From an uncultured Methanoregulaceae archaeon (GTDB taxonomy: Archaea > Halobacteriota > Methanomicrobia > Methanomicrobiales > Methanospirillaceae): DNA of 64,000 nt. Shown here one piece after another: positions 43,158 through 54,056 of the stretch; positions within the stretch are counted from its first letter, which is position 1, and each line of letters starts with the position of its first letter. The notes below the pieces were generated by a model. It saw only the letters and a program-made list of their open reading frames with translations, searched no databases and was not told the origin of the DNA. Position numbers and translations under genes: made by a program. The stretch spans positions 1,536,001 to 1,600,000 of the forward strand of contig OY969564.1 in assembly GCA_963701095.1 (NCBI GenBank). Reading direction: 5' to 3'.

Positions 43158-46100
43158 ATGCGGGCTCATCTTATTTTGATTTCAATAGCTTTTCTGCTCC
43201 TGTTGGCAGGTGCAGGCAATGCCGCAGTAATTCCGGATCAGAATTCAACAATTTCGAGTAATACAGCAAACAATTGGGTCGTAGTAGCCCATCAGTCAAT
43301 TATTACGGTCGATGCGTATAACTCGACAGCCCTAAATCCGGTGGTGGGTGCAACTGTCACGTTTGCACTTAACTCAACACTACTGGGATCGCTCACTCCG
43401 AGTAGCGGTATTAGTGATGCAAGCGGAATGGCAGAGAGTACATTTAGTGCGGGCACAAAAACCGGTGCAGTCAATATCACGGCGACAATAACCTATAATA
43501 ATATCACGGTTACCAAGGTTCTTACCGAAAATATCGATCATGATGTTGCACAAAATGCAGCGTTTGATTTCATGAATGAAGTGACTGTAGGTTCAGAAAC
43601 ACCTTTCAATATCAGACTTAACTGACAAATATGGCAATCCCATAGACAACCGGAATCCCGCCGATCTGCATTCAGTAGCGCTCTGGATATCCGCATCATC
43701 CGATAATATGGCGGCGTTCAATATCAGTGGAACTCATTTGCAGTATATTAATCAGTCACTGGATGCAAACGGGAATATTTCGGTCAGTGTTATTACAGAT
43801 ACTAAGCCGGGAGAAAATGAAATTCTGCTCTACCCCTTTGGTAACGTCGGTTATCCGTGGGGTGTTCCACAGTTTATTTACGGTTTAAATGACGGCCAAC
43901 CCTATTCCGTTACTGAATCCATAACCCCTTCAAACCTTATTGAACCTGCAGATAATGGACCTGATCATATTTTTAGTGTCACTACGACGTTATATGACAA
44001 ATACGGGAACCCGACCGAAGACCAAGAAGTGCAGGTACAATCGAACTATGCCGGGGATCCTATAGTAAATATGTCATCCAACCCCTTTGGTCAGGTTTTT
44101 TATACCTATGGTCCGCATAGCGCATCCGGTTATGTCATCCTGACAGCAACATGTCCGTCAAATACTTCGGTTAGCACTTCCGAAACAGTTCAATTCTATA
44201 GCACAGCTCCGGTGAACATGGCATTTACGGCAACGCCCCAAGTGATGGCAAGCCTTGATGCCAATCCCTCACAAATCGCACTGCTCCAGGCAAAAGTGAT
44301 GGATGAGATGGGAAACCCGGTAGCAAACCAGACAGTAACATTCAGTCTTGGAACACCCACCTACACGTATTCAAACTGCTCTCTCAGTGGGCCGACCCTG
44401 TTAAACACCACAGCGACAACCAACATAAATGGAACTGCTACTGTTGTCTTTATTCCCGGAAAATTTGACACGAACCAGGCAAATATAAGTTATGATCCGA
44501 CAGATACAGGTTCCGTCACGGCGACGGCAACATGGAATGGTATTAATCAGCCAATCAAAATGAGCTGGAAGAATTATCCCTATCTCAGTGAGCAAACTAC
44601 GGTAATTCCTCCAAACGTTAATGTGGGCGGTAATTTCACTGTTATGATCAATCTCACAGCTGATGGGTGGAATCTGACCGGGACACCTGCCGATGTCGTC
44701 ATCGTATCAGATCTTGCGGGAGGTATTGGCGGGACTGGGCGGTTGGCAAACACTCAAAAAGCAGAAGTGGGATTTATCAAAAATGCTACCGACGATACCT
44801 ATATTTCTTTGGCATCTTTTGGTGACAGTCCAAGCCCAAGCGGTTCATATTATGCATCATCGGATACCCGTACTCTTTATGCGGAACAAAAAGCAGCCTA
44901 CCCGGCTATATTGAAACCTTTTAATCCCTATGGCCTGGTAAATGACAGTGATATGGTCGATCCCGCACATTGGAATAGTATCACGAGCGGAAACGATTAT
45001 TGTTTTAATGGTGTCGCCTGTATTAATGCCACAAATCCAATGAGTTATCAATATTTAAACCCATGGTCAGACGCGTCGGTAGATGCTCCTCTTGAGAATG
45101 CTGGACCGACATTTGGGAACCAGCCCGCACTCTCTAATACTGTGAATCAGTATACGGCAAACGGCGGGACAGATTATGCGGCAGGCATTAATGCCGCTCT
45201 CCAGGTTTTGGTTGGGTCGCCCGGTCACCCGGCTCAGGGCAATCCCACACATAACCAGACGGTCATTATTATGGGGGACGGCATCAACATGATGGCCCCG
45301 ATTGCACCCGGCTCCCTGGAATCCTATTGGCCTTCCGACTGGAATCCTAGAAATGGGACCGGGACATCCGAAGGTCCGCAGCTCTGGTGGTTTGATGAGA
45401 GCGATGTCGGAAAAGCTGCTGCTGTTGATGCGGCGACCCGGGCAAAAAACCAGGGAATAACCATTTATGGGATTGGGTTCCCGGACGCTGATAATTCCGG
45501 TCATAACAACATTTCGGACATGTCATTCTTTGACAGTCTGGCGTCAGCACCAAGCACAGTATATTTTGCCCCGGATCCCACTACGATGACAGGAATATTC
45601 CAGCAGATCGAAGGGCAGATCCAGAACACAGCAGGGGTAAATACTACCATGACACTGAACCTGCAGAGCGTTGCCATTACATACGACAATGTAACCAATG
45701 TGTCAAGTGATGCTCTCAGTTACGTATATAATCCTGCATCATCAACACAAATTACCGATCAGAACGGGTACACTTCCATTATCAATCAGACCGATGAATG
45801 GAACCAGAACAAAACCCTTATATTTAATATAGGAAAAATGACCGTCGGGCAGACATGGAGTACTTCATTCGAATTGCAGCTCCTGCAACCAGGCAGTGCC
45901 AATATTCCTGGTAACATGTCTACGATTTGTTTTAATACCGGACAATGCATGATACCGAATAGTGGTACTGTAACCGGAAGTGAAAATTATTCAAATACCG
46001 GTTTTAATATGCCGGTAATTGGTATCACTGACCTTCAGGCACAGAGTAGTACAGTAACCACGGTTGTTCCACTCCAATGGAATATCACTTACCCGGGCAG

Positions 46101-46353
46101 CGAATATGCTACTGAGGATCTTTATTATAATTCTGTAAGTAACCCCACATGGAAATTTATTGCCGAGCGGCCGGTCGATGGTCCAGTATTCAATTACACT
46201 CAGGCATATAGCTGGGACGTCAGCAGCCTCCCGGCGGGAGATTATTCTGTTGAAGTAATAGCTTATGCGCATGATGCCGACAGTGGAAAAGAGATTATCC
46301 CCACTTCGATCGTACTTGGGCAATCAGCTAAGGCATTTATCAGACTTCAATAA
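43158..46353 (+). CDS. Secreted Ig-like repeat + vWA surface protein (~1060 aa); one extra base ~43620
   Basis: Signal peptide; repeats DKYGNP, DKYGNP, DEMGNP; vWA strands DVVIVSD, GGTDYAAGI, IIMGDG, IYGIGF. Confidence 0.8.
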
Positions 46354-46618
46354 ATTTTTGATTTTTTTTCAAGGTTCACCCCTTTCAGAAAAAGAGAGGC
46401 CGACAAGTTCCTTTTTTGGCCAGTTCCTCCTTTGATAAATTGATAGGAAAAAAAACGTTTCTATAGAAATCTTCATTTTCGTTCGAAAAACAGCATTTCT
46501 ACAGAGAGGCCGAAAAATGCTCTATTGGATCGTTGACAAAAATCAACGGGGTGAGATTGAACATATATTTGGTGAATATCTCTATATTTTGCTTTAAACG
46601 GAAAATTCATCTCTTTTA

Positions 46619-46743
46619 TGGACAGACAAAATTCGGGTCGTAAAAAACGCATCTAAAAAGATATATCGACGTTCAAAAGAGCAAGGTACGGCGTCTCCTT
46701 ACCCATTTTATGCAAATAAATAGTGAGGAGACACAATAACGTC
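46619..46743. repeat. Copy B of the dispersed bipartite non-coding element
   Basis: TGGACAGACAAAATTCGG + core with GTCTCCTTAC...GTGAGGAGAC inverted arms. Confidence 0.75.
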
Positions 46744-46870
46744 GAAAAACCAACATGTCAGTTTTGTTGAATTATCGTCCAGCTTGATCAAGGATTCATT
46801 CTTCATCCTAATCTGTTACTGGGGAGTTCGACAGAACCGAAATAACAGCCTCTTCATGAAATCATGGGGA

Positions 46871-47205
46871 TCAAAGGTAATGACTACGCCGCAGCCATTC
46901 AACTTGCGGGCTGGTGTATCGGTGAAGGATATCGCATTTTTCATCCTAATAATTTCAAGGGACAATGATAAGGAAGTCGCCTTCCCGGATCCAGACTTTC
47001 TTTTTTATCTTTCCCCTGATCCTTCCCATCCGTGTCACACCATCGAAACACCGGATGCGGATGTGATTTGATCCCATCATGAGTTCAGCACACCCAAATT
47101 GTTCGCGGTCGCGTTTCTGAGGAAGTCTCACACGGACAACCTCATCACCTGATCCAGTTACCGGGGATTTTTTTTCAGACCGAACGAGCCTCTCCTCTGT
47201 GCCAT
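46871..47205 (-). pseudogene. eif1A: Translation initiation factor aIF-1A homologue with two in-frame stops (not in ORF track)
   Basis: VVRVRLP..MMGSNHIRIRCFDGVTRMGRIRGKIKKKVWIREGDFLIIVP*NY*DEKCDILHRYT..QVEWL. Confidence 0.85.
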
Positions 47206-47330
47206 TTCAGGCGCCCACATTTATTTTTTGGTGCCAAAAAAATATATTTTTTTATGCGTGAAATAGACCCGACCACTCACAGGGATAGAAATATCTATAA
47301 TTTTAAGGAGAATAATCCTTTGAGGGATAA

Positions 47331-47413
47331 TGCGAGAAGCAGGAGTCGAACCTGCGAACCCCTACGGGAACGGATCTTGAGCCCGCCTCTTTTGGCCACT
47401 TAGATATTCTCGC
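47331..47413 (-). tRNA. tRNA-Leu(CAA), intronless
   Basis: Acceptor GCGAGAA/TTCTCGC, anticodon arm GCGGG-CTCAAGA-TCCGT, long variable arm, GCAGG-TTCGACT-CCTGC. Confidence 0.93.
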
Positions 47414-47581
47414 ACAAAATAATGGTGCTTATACGATAGTAAAAGGCTTTGAAAACTCAAAAATCTTATGTCAGAATACTTTTAATTTTACAATCCGTTC
47501 TCATAGGTCAGGCTTCGAACCTCATAATTGTGCTCGATCATATTGGTTGAGAGAAAACACATATGGTATCAGATAAGGAAA

Positions 47582-50500
47582 TCACATGAAATCGGCGAGG
47601 CCCAGCTGTTCCTGTTTTTCCTCGCCAAAAGTCGACTCGATTGCAAGATCGAGCACCTCTACTCGCTGCCTGCAATATTCTGATACATGGTATTTTTTTA
47701 CCATACTGCGAGAGACTTCGAGATATTTTTTAACCGATCCTTCATGTACAGTCGGGATAATATTGCCATTACATACCCCTTTACCCTTGAATTTTGTGCA
47801 TTTGCCGGCAAGAGGCATCCTGCGATAACTGGTGTTGCATTTAGTGCACCGGAACTTCTGCTTGGAAAACGCCGAGAGGTTACCCATCAGATCGCGGATG
47901 AAATGCGTATTGAGAACGCGCTCTGCAACATCATCAGCGTCGACCGCCCGGATCTTCTCAGCCAGATCCAGCTCGGCCTCGAGTTTCTCCGTCATGGTTT
48001 TGAGCTGCGTATACGTGGATTCCAATGGCCCCGCCGATATATCTGAAGTGTCATGGGTAAAGTAAAATCCTTCGAGCTGTTGAGGGGTACCCAACCGCCG
48101 CTCAACACGATCTATGAGCTTCTCGACATCCTTTGCCTTCGCATAAACGAGACCGGCCTCATAAAGCTCGATCGGGTAGGTGCGACCTACATCTACGTTC
48201 AGGGATTCTTTGTCAATCTCTGCAGGATCAATACGGCTTGTGAGGACTAAAGGTGCGTCCATCGTGCCACCACGGTTTTGGGGTAAGAAGGAGCGTGAGA
48301 AATTCAAAAGACCGTCCATAAGGAGCATTATGCAATCTTCATCACCGTCGCATTGGCCGGTAAAGATGCCATTTGCCACAAGAGTGTGATCGTCTGCCAC
48401 AGTCAGGCAGTACACCCGATCCTCAAGTGATGTTACTGTTTCAACTGTTTTAATCCGATCTGCAATAACCGAGCCGCCTTCAAAGACCGGTACAGCGTCG
48501 CCGACTTTAATTTCGAGAGCCTTGATTTTCCGTAAATACCCGATGTCCCAGACCAGCATCGCATGATCCGGGGTAACCATCAACTCGCGGTTCCGGGCGG
48601 TAGTTAATCGCACCAGATGTGCCGGCGCACGGTGGATGGAAACCGACGTAATCCTGCGCAGGTGCATCATGCCGGTTGTATCTACAGTTCTCGTAAAATA
48701 AGGGAAGACCGGATCGGAGTAATACGTACCCAGCCGATCCAGTCCTGGTTTACTGACATCAAAGTTCTCCAGTACGAATTTCCGGATGGGGAGATGTAAC
48801 CAGGTTTTTCCGTTGTAGACTTCAATTTCGGTGCCACCGTAAAAACAATTCCGGCGTTTAGCCGCATGAAAAAAAGGATGGGCATAACCGACGTTTGCCC
48901 TTGTAAATCCAATGATCCGCGCTAATACACCGGCGCTCGTGTGGGGGGCAAGCCCAATTACAAGGTGGCCGACCAAGTCGTCTCTGGTCTTTACATTATA
49001 GAATGCGGGCAAACCATAAAATTTGGTCAATTCGTCATCAATAAATTGCGCAACTTTCATCATGTAATCCGCGCACGAGTCGGAAACAAGCAGATCCTGG
49101 GGATGCATTTCCACGACTTGTTTGCCATTCTGGAGATCGTATCCGTTCATATCCTTAAGGTACCCAAGCGACCTGAGTTTCTCGACCGGAACACAAACCT
49201 CATCCGGCCTGATATGGGTCAAGGGTAGATCAATCATGTCGAACCGGGTTGTGCCGTCTTTAAAAACATAAATATCCTGCTGAGCGCGAAGAATACCTTT
49301 TTCCATTGCTTCTACAGTCTTTTCCCGTGATATGACACCTTTGACACCTTTCACAAGGGCAATGCTCCCTTTTTTTATCCCAAGACGGTCCATAGCCTTT
49401 GCATATTCCCCTTTCACATTCAGGCTGATCCGCTGGCTGCATATGGCCGGGACGTCACAGTTCGGGCAGCGTTCACCAGCGACTTCGTGTCCGCACTTCG
49501 GACAGGTGTTTACCGGGGTTGTATGGGTCCCACATTTCTGGCATTGGTTCATGTACGTGATCTCGCCGCAGCCAGAACATCGCCGCCGCCCGACCTCGAT
49601 CTCGATGATCCCTCCTTCTTTCTGGAAATCAATCTCAGTCGCGTGAGCGTCTGATTCCTCAGTATGGATCGAAGCTTCCTGGAATGATCGTCTGGAACCT
49701 CCGGATTCACCAAGCGGGAAAAGTGCATGCGGTGGCGGACTCATCTTCCGTGGCTTGGATTTGCCAGGACGGCCCATTCGACCACCAATCCGAAGACCTG
49801 ATCGTGAACGGAGCCTGATATTGCTCAGGTGCATAACTAGTGCAAGTGGAGCAGCATCGGCTGGTGCCGTTTTCCAGGTCGACCGCTTTTTTAATTGGTC
49901 ATCAAGGCCAAGGCAGGCCACAAAAGCCCCGAAGATCCGGATCCATATTATTCCTCCGCTCACCTTATGGGGGATCAAAAGGAACTCAAGAGATTCTTTT
50001 ACCTCCGGGCTAAGAGGAATGGTCAGTGCTCCATCCTCAATCGTCCCGGTACTCGAAACAATTTCGGCAAGTAGCCGGATCTGGTTTGACGTAATATCGT
50101 CCCAGAACCACGTATAGGCCGGATGAAGGAACCCCCCGGATTTAGCAAGAGCGATTGCCCCTTTTTCGTCTGATGGGGATTTTTCACCCGGGCCTTGGTC
50201 GAGGAGCCACCATTCCTCGCAATAACCTGCAGGTACCAGAGGGTGATTATTTTCTAAAAAATCTCCATAGGCAATCAGGATTTCGCCGACATCCAGGATT
50301 CTTTCGACCTTTGATATTACGGCAAGGGCAGTTTTTTCATCATCTACCCGGATGACTTCCCCGCCGGTCAGGCGCACTGTCGGTCCTTCGATAGTATCGA
50401 CAGGAACAACCCCGCATGCTTTTCCGGGCCGCTCAAGTTTCATCTGGGTACCGACCGCAAGGAAACCGCCCAGAATGTGAAGGGTCGCCGGATTGAACCC

Positions 50501-51503
50501 TGCCGTGGCAAACCCGGTATTACGGGAACGGCCGTACCGGAGCCTAAATCCCCCTTTGCGCATAGGATACGAAAAGACCGGTCTACCCCCAATGAGATCC
50601 CGGAGATATTTGTCGAGAGGTTTGACGCCTGGGGCATCATCCTCATCCCCCGGTTTTGCTGCCCCTGCGATGAGCTTGTCCAGCCAGTCCCAGCCACTCA
50701 TATTCATTTTCTCGACCTTATTCTTGAGCTTGCGGGCTTTACCTGCAATTCCTTCAGCAAGGACGAGCGCCATTCCGCCACGGACTGCATTTGTCTCTAC
50801 GCGTTCAAGGTTCCGGTGCCCGGAGACTTCTTCTTTTTCCGTAGCTTCACCATCAATACAAACCGGACAGTTTTCTACGATCAACCGAATCTCTGCTTCG
50901 CTTGGCAGATACTGGAGGTTCATTATGGAGTTGTACTGGCGAATCTCCTCGATGTACCGCTCAACCTCGACTTGGCGTGGAAGGTAACGGCTAATCCCGA
51001 GTTTCTGCCTGACATAATCACCGACAAGTACCGAAAGGGCCTGAGCTGTCCCACCTGCACTGCGGATCGGGCCGGCATAATATATTTTCAGGAATGAACT
51101 ACCGTCATCGTTATTACCAAGACCCACTTTTGCAATCCCTTCAGTGGGCGCCGAGACCACACCTTCTGTCAAGAGAGCCATTGCAGTTCGAATAGAGTGG
51201 TCCAGAACCTCATTGTTGTTTTTCTCACCGAACATCCGTGCGACAAAATCGTCGCCAATCCGAAGTGCCGCTTCCTCACGGGACATCTGCGATTCGAGTT
51301 CCCGGATCCTGGCTGCCACTCCTTTTATCCCGAGAAGTGCCTCAACCCGGTCCGCGAGATCGCTCAGCTATCGGTATCTCGACGTCCAGGCTCGGATCGA
51401 GACCGCGTGAACGCGCTTCTTTTGCAAGCGCAATTGCACGGGTAAGCCCCTCCATCAGGCTGTTCCCGTACATTTCCATCTCAGGTGAGATGATGAGCAT
51501 CAT
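47582..51503 (-). CDS. polC: DNA polymerase D large subunit DP2, intein-containing; two N-terminal frameshifts (~51420, ~51365)
   Basis: [41 protein letters not shown], Zn fingers. Confidence 0.97.
48353..48847 (-). mobile_element. Mini-intein (165 aa) in PolC, Cys1 ... Gly-Gln, +1 Cys
   Basis: [12 protein letters not shown]...VTPDH...[27 protein letters not shown]; no endonuclease domain. Confidence 0.95.
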
Positions 51504-51583
51504 GATACATTCATACGGCTGAAAATTTATACTGTATTATTTAGGTTTTCCTCCTCCCTGAAAAAGGAAGGCCCGGGCAGGGA

Positions 51584-52120
51584 TCAGATCTCTTTTCTAT
51601 CAAGGATTTGGTCGACTAATGACGGCAGACCGGTTTCGCCCATCTGCCAAAGAGTGAGCGTAGCGCATGAGCGGAGAATCTCGTTAGAATCAGAAAGCCG
51701 ACGATTAAGCGGTTCGACTGCAGGTTTCCCGATCCTGCAGAGTGCCCTTGACAGAAAACCACGTAATTCGCGGTCTTCACTTGCCATTGCAGAAATTATC
51801 GGTTCTACCGCCGGTTCCCCAATCTCCCCGAGCGCTGCGGCAGCGTAGCGCCGGAATTCATGGTCCTGATTCTTTTCCATCGCTGAAATGAGCGGGCTTA
51901 TTGCTGGGATCCCCACTTTCGCAAGAGCGATCGCACGGTACCAACGCCGATCATTATCACACACTTCAGCCATGGAGTTGATTAAAGGCTCAACCACAGC
52001 CTCACCTCCATCTGCAAGCACGAGAACTGCATGATGCCGGTTTTCCATAGAAAGATCGTCAAGCTGGCTGAGCTGGAAGACAATAGTGTCCTGATCGTTT
52101 TTATGATCTGTTGTGTTCAT
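51584..52120 (-). CDS. HEAT/PBS-lyase repeat protein
   Basis: Repeated ALxxIG-PAVEPL units. Confidence 0.85.
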   Translation of the reverse strand: MNTTDHKNDQDTIVFQLSQLDDLSMENRHHAVLVLADGGEAVVEPLINSMAEVCDNDRRWYRAIALAKVGIPAISPLISAMEKNQDHEFRRYAAAALGEIGEPAVEPIISAMASEDRELRGFLSRALCRIGKPAVEPLNRRLSDSNEILRSCATLTLWQMGETGLPSLVDQILDRKEI

Positions 52121-52201
52121 GGGAATCACCGTTATCCTCCCTATTTCGCGTAGCATCTCATGGTTGTTACTACCGGGATATATCCGGCTAATTTTCTTTT
52201 A

Positions 52202-53320
52202 TTATGCAAAACCAAAAAAAGGGGGAATAAATAGGAGACAGAAGAAAATTGCCATCAGGACAAGTCCGAGAGGAATGCCCAATCGAGCCCACTCCCGGCT
52301 TGTGATTCCTGTTTTTGTTGCCGCGATGATGTTTGGGATGTTACCTGGAATCAGCATACCACCTGATATGAGCAGCGCCAAAAGAGCGCTTGTGATCTGG
52401 TTTAAGGAAAGTGCTGGGCTAATCTCGGCAGCGGCGAGGGTGGCATTATCGAGTACCGCTGAAATCATATTGACCCAGTAAAGAAATTCCGGCGGAATAA
52501 GGACAACATAGCCGAGGATCAGAGGCTGGAATCCATCTCCAAGAAAAATGAGGGCCATAATGAAAAGATAGATTTTCCCGGCCCGGACAATAATATCACT
52601 TACCTTTTCACGCTCAACAACACATCGGATGTTTGTTTCGTCGGTCTTCCGTCTTTTTAAGGCAACCAAACCGAGAATTCCGAGGAGAATAACAGCGATA
52701 ATGATATAGATCCCAAGTATGCCAGCAAGAAACCCAAAGCCGGCGTGATAGGGATCGCCGGATAGCCGGGATACTACGATTGTCGTGAGTGGTTCACCAA
52801 GGGGGGTCAGACCAGCCCCAATGCCGATGGCGAAGCATGCAATTACTGTGATCTCAATCTTGGATTCTTTAACCAGAGGGAGGGTATTTATAATTTCCAC
52901 AAGGATAATCGCCGCGAGAATAGCAGATATGACACTGGATACGAGACCAATTATAACGATAAGCAGCGGCACGATTAGGATCAGGGAACATAATTCTACA
53001 ACGCCATTGATCGCTCGCTCAAGGTGATGGTGGAAATAGTAGATGAGAATTCCCATAACAAGGACGATCTGAACAATCCCAATCGGGATTCCTGCCACCG
53101 ACACGATATTCAAAGGAGCGGTAAGTGCTTCAACAACAACCGCTATGCTCCAGCCGTTGTATTCTCCGGGAAGATTCACAAAACCCGAAAGTGTAAGGGC
53201 AAGGACACCGCAGAAGAACAGGAAAATCTCGAGATTTTCTTCGATCTTTCTTGTTGAGAAAGGAAGAATCAGGACGGCACAGAAAATGATGAAAAGGCCG
53301 AGGATCACAAAAATATCCAT
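52202..53320 (-). CDS. DUF1646-like ion-transporter-superfamily membrane protein
   Basis: IGAGLTPLGEP, SAVLDNATLAAAE, GGMLIPGNIPN; about 10 TM helices. Confidence 0.8.
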   Translation of the reverse strand: MDIFVILGLFIIFCAVLILPFSTRKIEENLEIFLFFCGVLALTLSGFVNLPGEYNGWSIAVVVEALTAPLNIVSVAGIPIGIVQIVLVMGILIYYFHHHLERAINGVVELCSLILIVPLLIVIIGLVSSVISAILAAIILVEIINTLPLVKESKIEITVIACFAIGIGAGLTPLGEPLTTIVVSRLSGDPYHAGFGFLAGILGIYIIIAVILLGILGLVALKRRKTDETNIRCVVEREKVSDIIVRAGKIYLFIMALIFLGDGFQPLILGYVVLIPPEFLYWVNMISAVLDNATLAAAEISPALSLNQITSALLALLISGGMLIPGNIPNIIAATKTGITSREWARLGIPLGLVLMAIFFCLLFIPPFFGFA

Positions 53321-53497
53321 GCCGATGCTCCTGAAAGACGCAATTCTTTACTAAGGGGATTTCTCTGGTACCTTTTTTGCATATGTGGGGATAAGGGCTT
53401 CCTTTTTCAAGATGACTCGTTCCTGGTGACTAAAGAAACTATATATGTATCTTCTGGGGTATACTCCAGTGATAATCTCCTCCGGGGCAGGCAGACA

Positions 53498-53695
53498 ATG
53501 GTGCAGGATCTCCTAAGAACTATCCGTGCATTGCAGAATACGGCAATCGGGAACTGCAGGGAACGCATAGAGAAGGCAGCACAAAAACCAAAGACGAGCA
53601 TCGACAACGATGCAGCAGAAACGGGTACACGGGCCAACCATGAAAAGCCCATGCACGGAGTGACTTCAATACTCAAAGATAAACACGGGCTCTGA
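53498..53695 (+). CDS. Small helical protein, weakly subunit-H-like
   Basis: MVQDLLRTIRA..RERIEKA resembles next gene (LLQQIRD..KKRIDTA). Confidence 0.35.
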   Translation: MVQDLLRTIRALQNTAIGNCRERIEKAAQKPKTSIDNDAAETGTRANHEKPMHGVTSILKDKHGL

Positions 53696-53707
53696 GGAGG
53701 TATTTGT

Positions 53708-54028
53708 ATGGATACAGAAAAAACACTGTTACAGCAGATACGGGACAAGGAGCAGGAGTTCAAAAAGAGAATCGATACGGCGAGGGCAGATACAGCGGCC
53801 ATGGTTACTGCAGCAAAAACCGAAGCTGCTGAACTGCTCTGCACGGCCGACGAAACGGGAAAGAAGCATGCAGAACAAGTGTACTGGAATGTCCGGGGAA
53901 AGACGGCAATCGAGATCGAAACCCTGAATAAAAATGCCGAACTCGATCGTTTAATCTCTTTAGAAAGAGGAGAGAGAAATGTCCCTGCCGCAGTGGAAAA
54001 AATCGTCAGCTACATAACCATGGAGTAA
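53708..54028 (+). CDS. atpH: A/V-type ATPase subunit H (peripheral stalk)
   Basis: Charged helical ~106 aa before subunit I; GAGGAGG RBS. Confidence 0.75.
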   Translation: MDTEKTLLQQIRDKEQEFKKRIDTARADTAAMVTAAKTEAAELLCTADETGKKHAEQVYWNVRGKTAIEIETLNKNAELDRLISLERGERNVPAAVEKIVSYITME

Positions 54029-54056
54029 TGTAAGCGATCTCCAGCGGAGAGGTGCT

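Noticed and set aside
46946..46957. Selenocysteine/pyrrolysine or alternative genetic code
   Set aside because: The stops align to Trp and probable Gln positions, TGA and TAG terminate other genes here, and no recoding machinery is seen
46784..47071. 95-aa plus-strand ORF
   Set aside because: It is the antisense shadow of the aIF-1A homologue
38910..47413. Integrated island at tRNA-Leu
   Set aside because: No integrase and no direct repeat of the tRNA 3' end noticed
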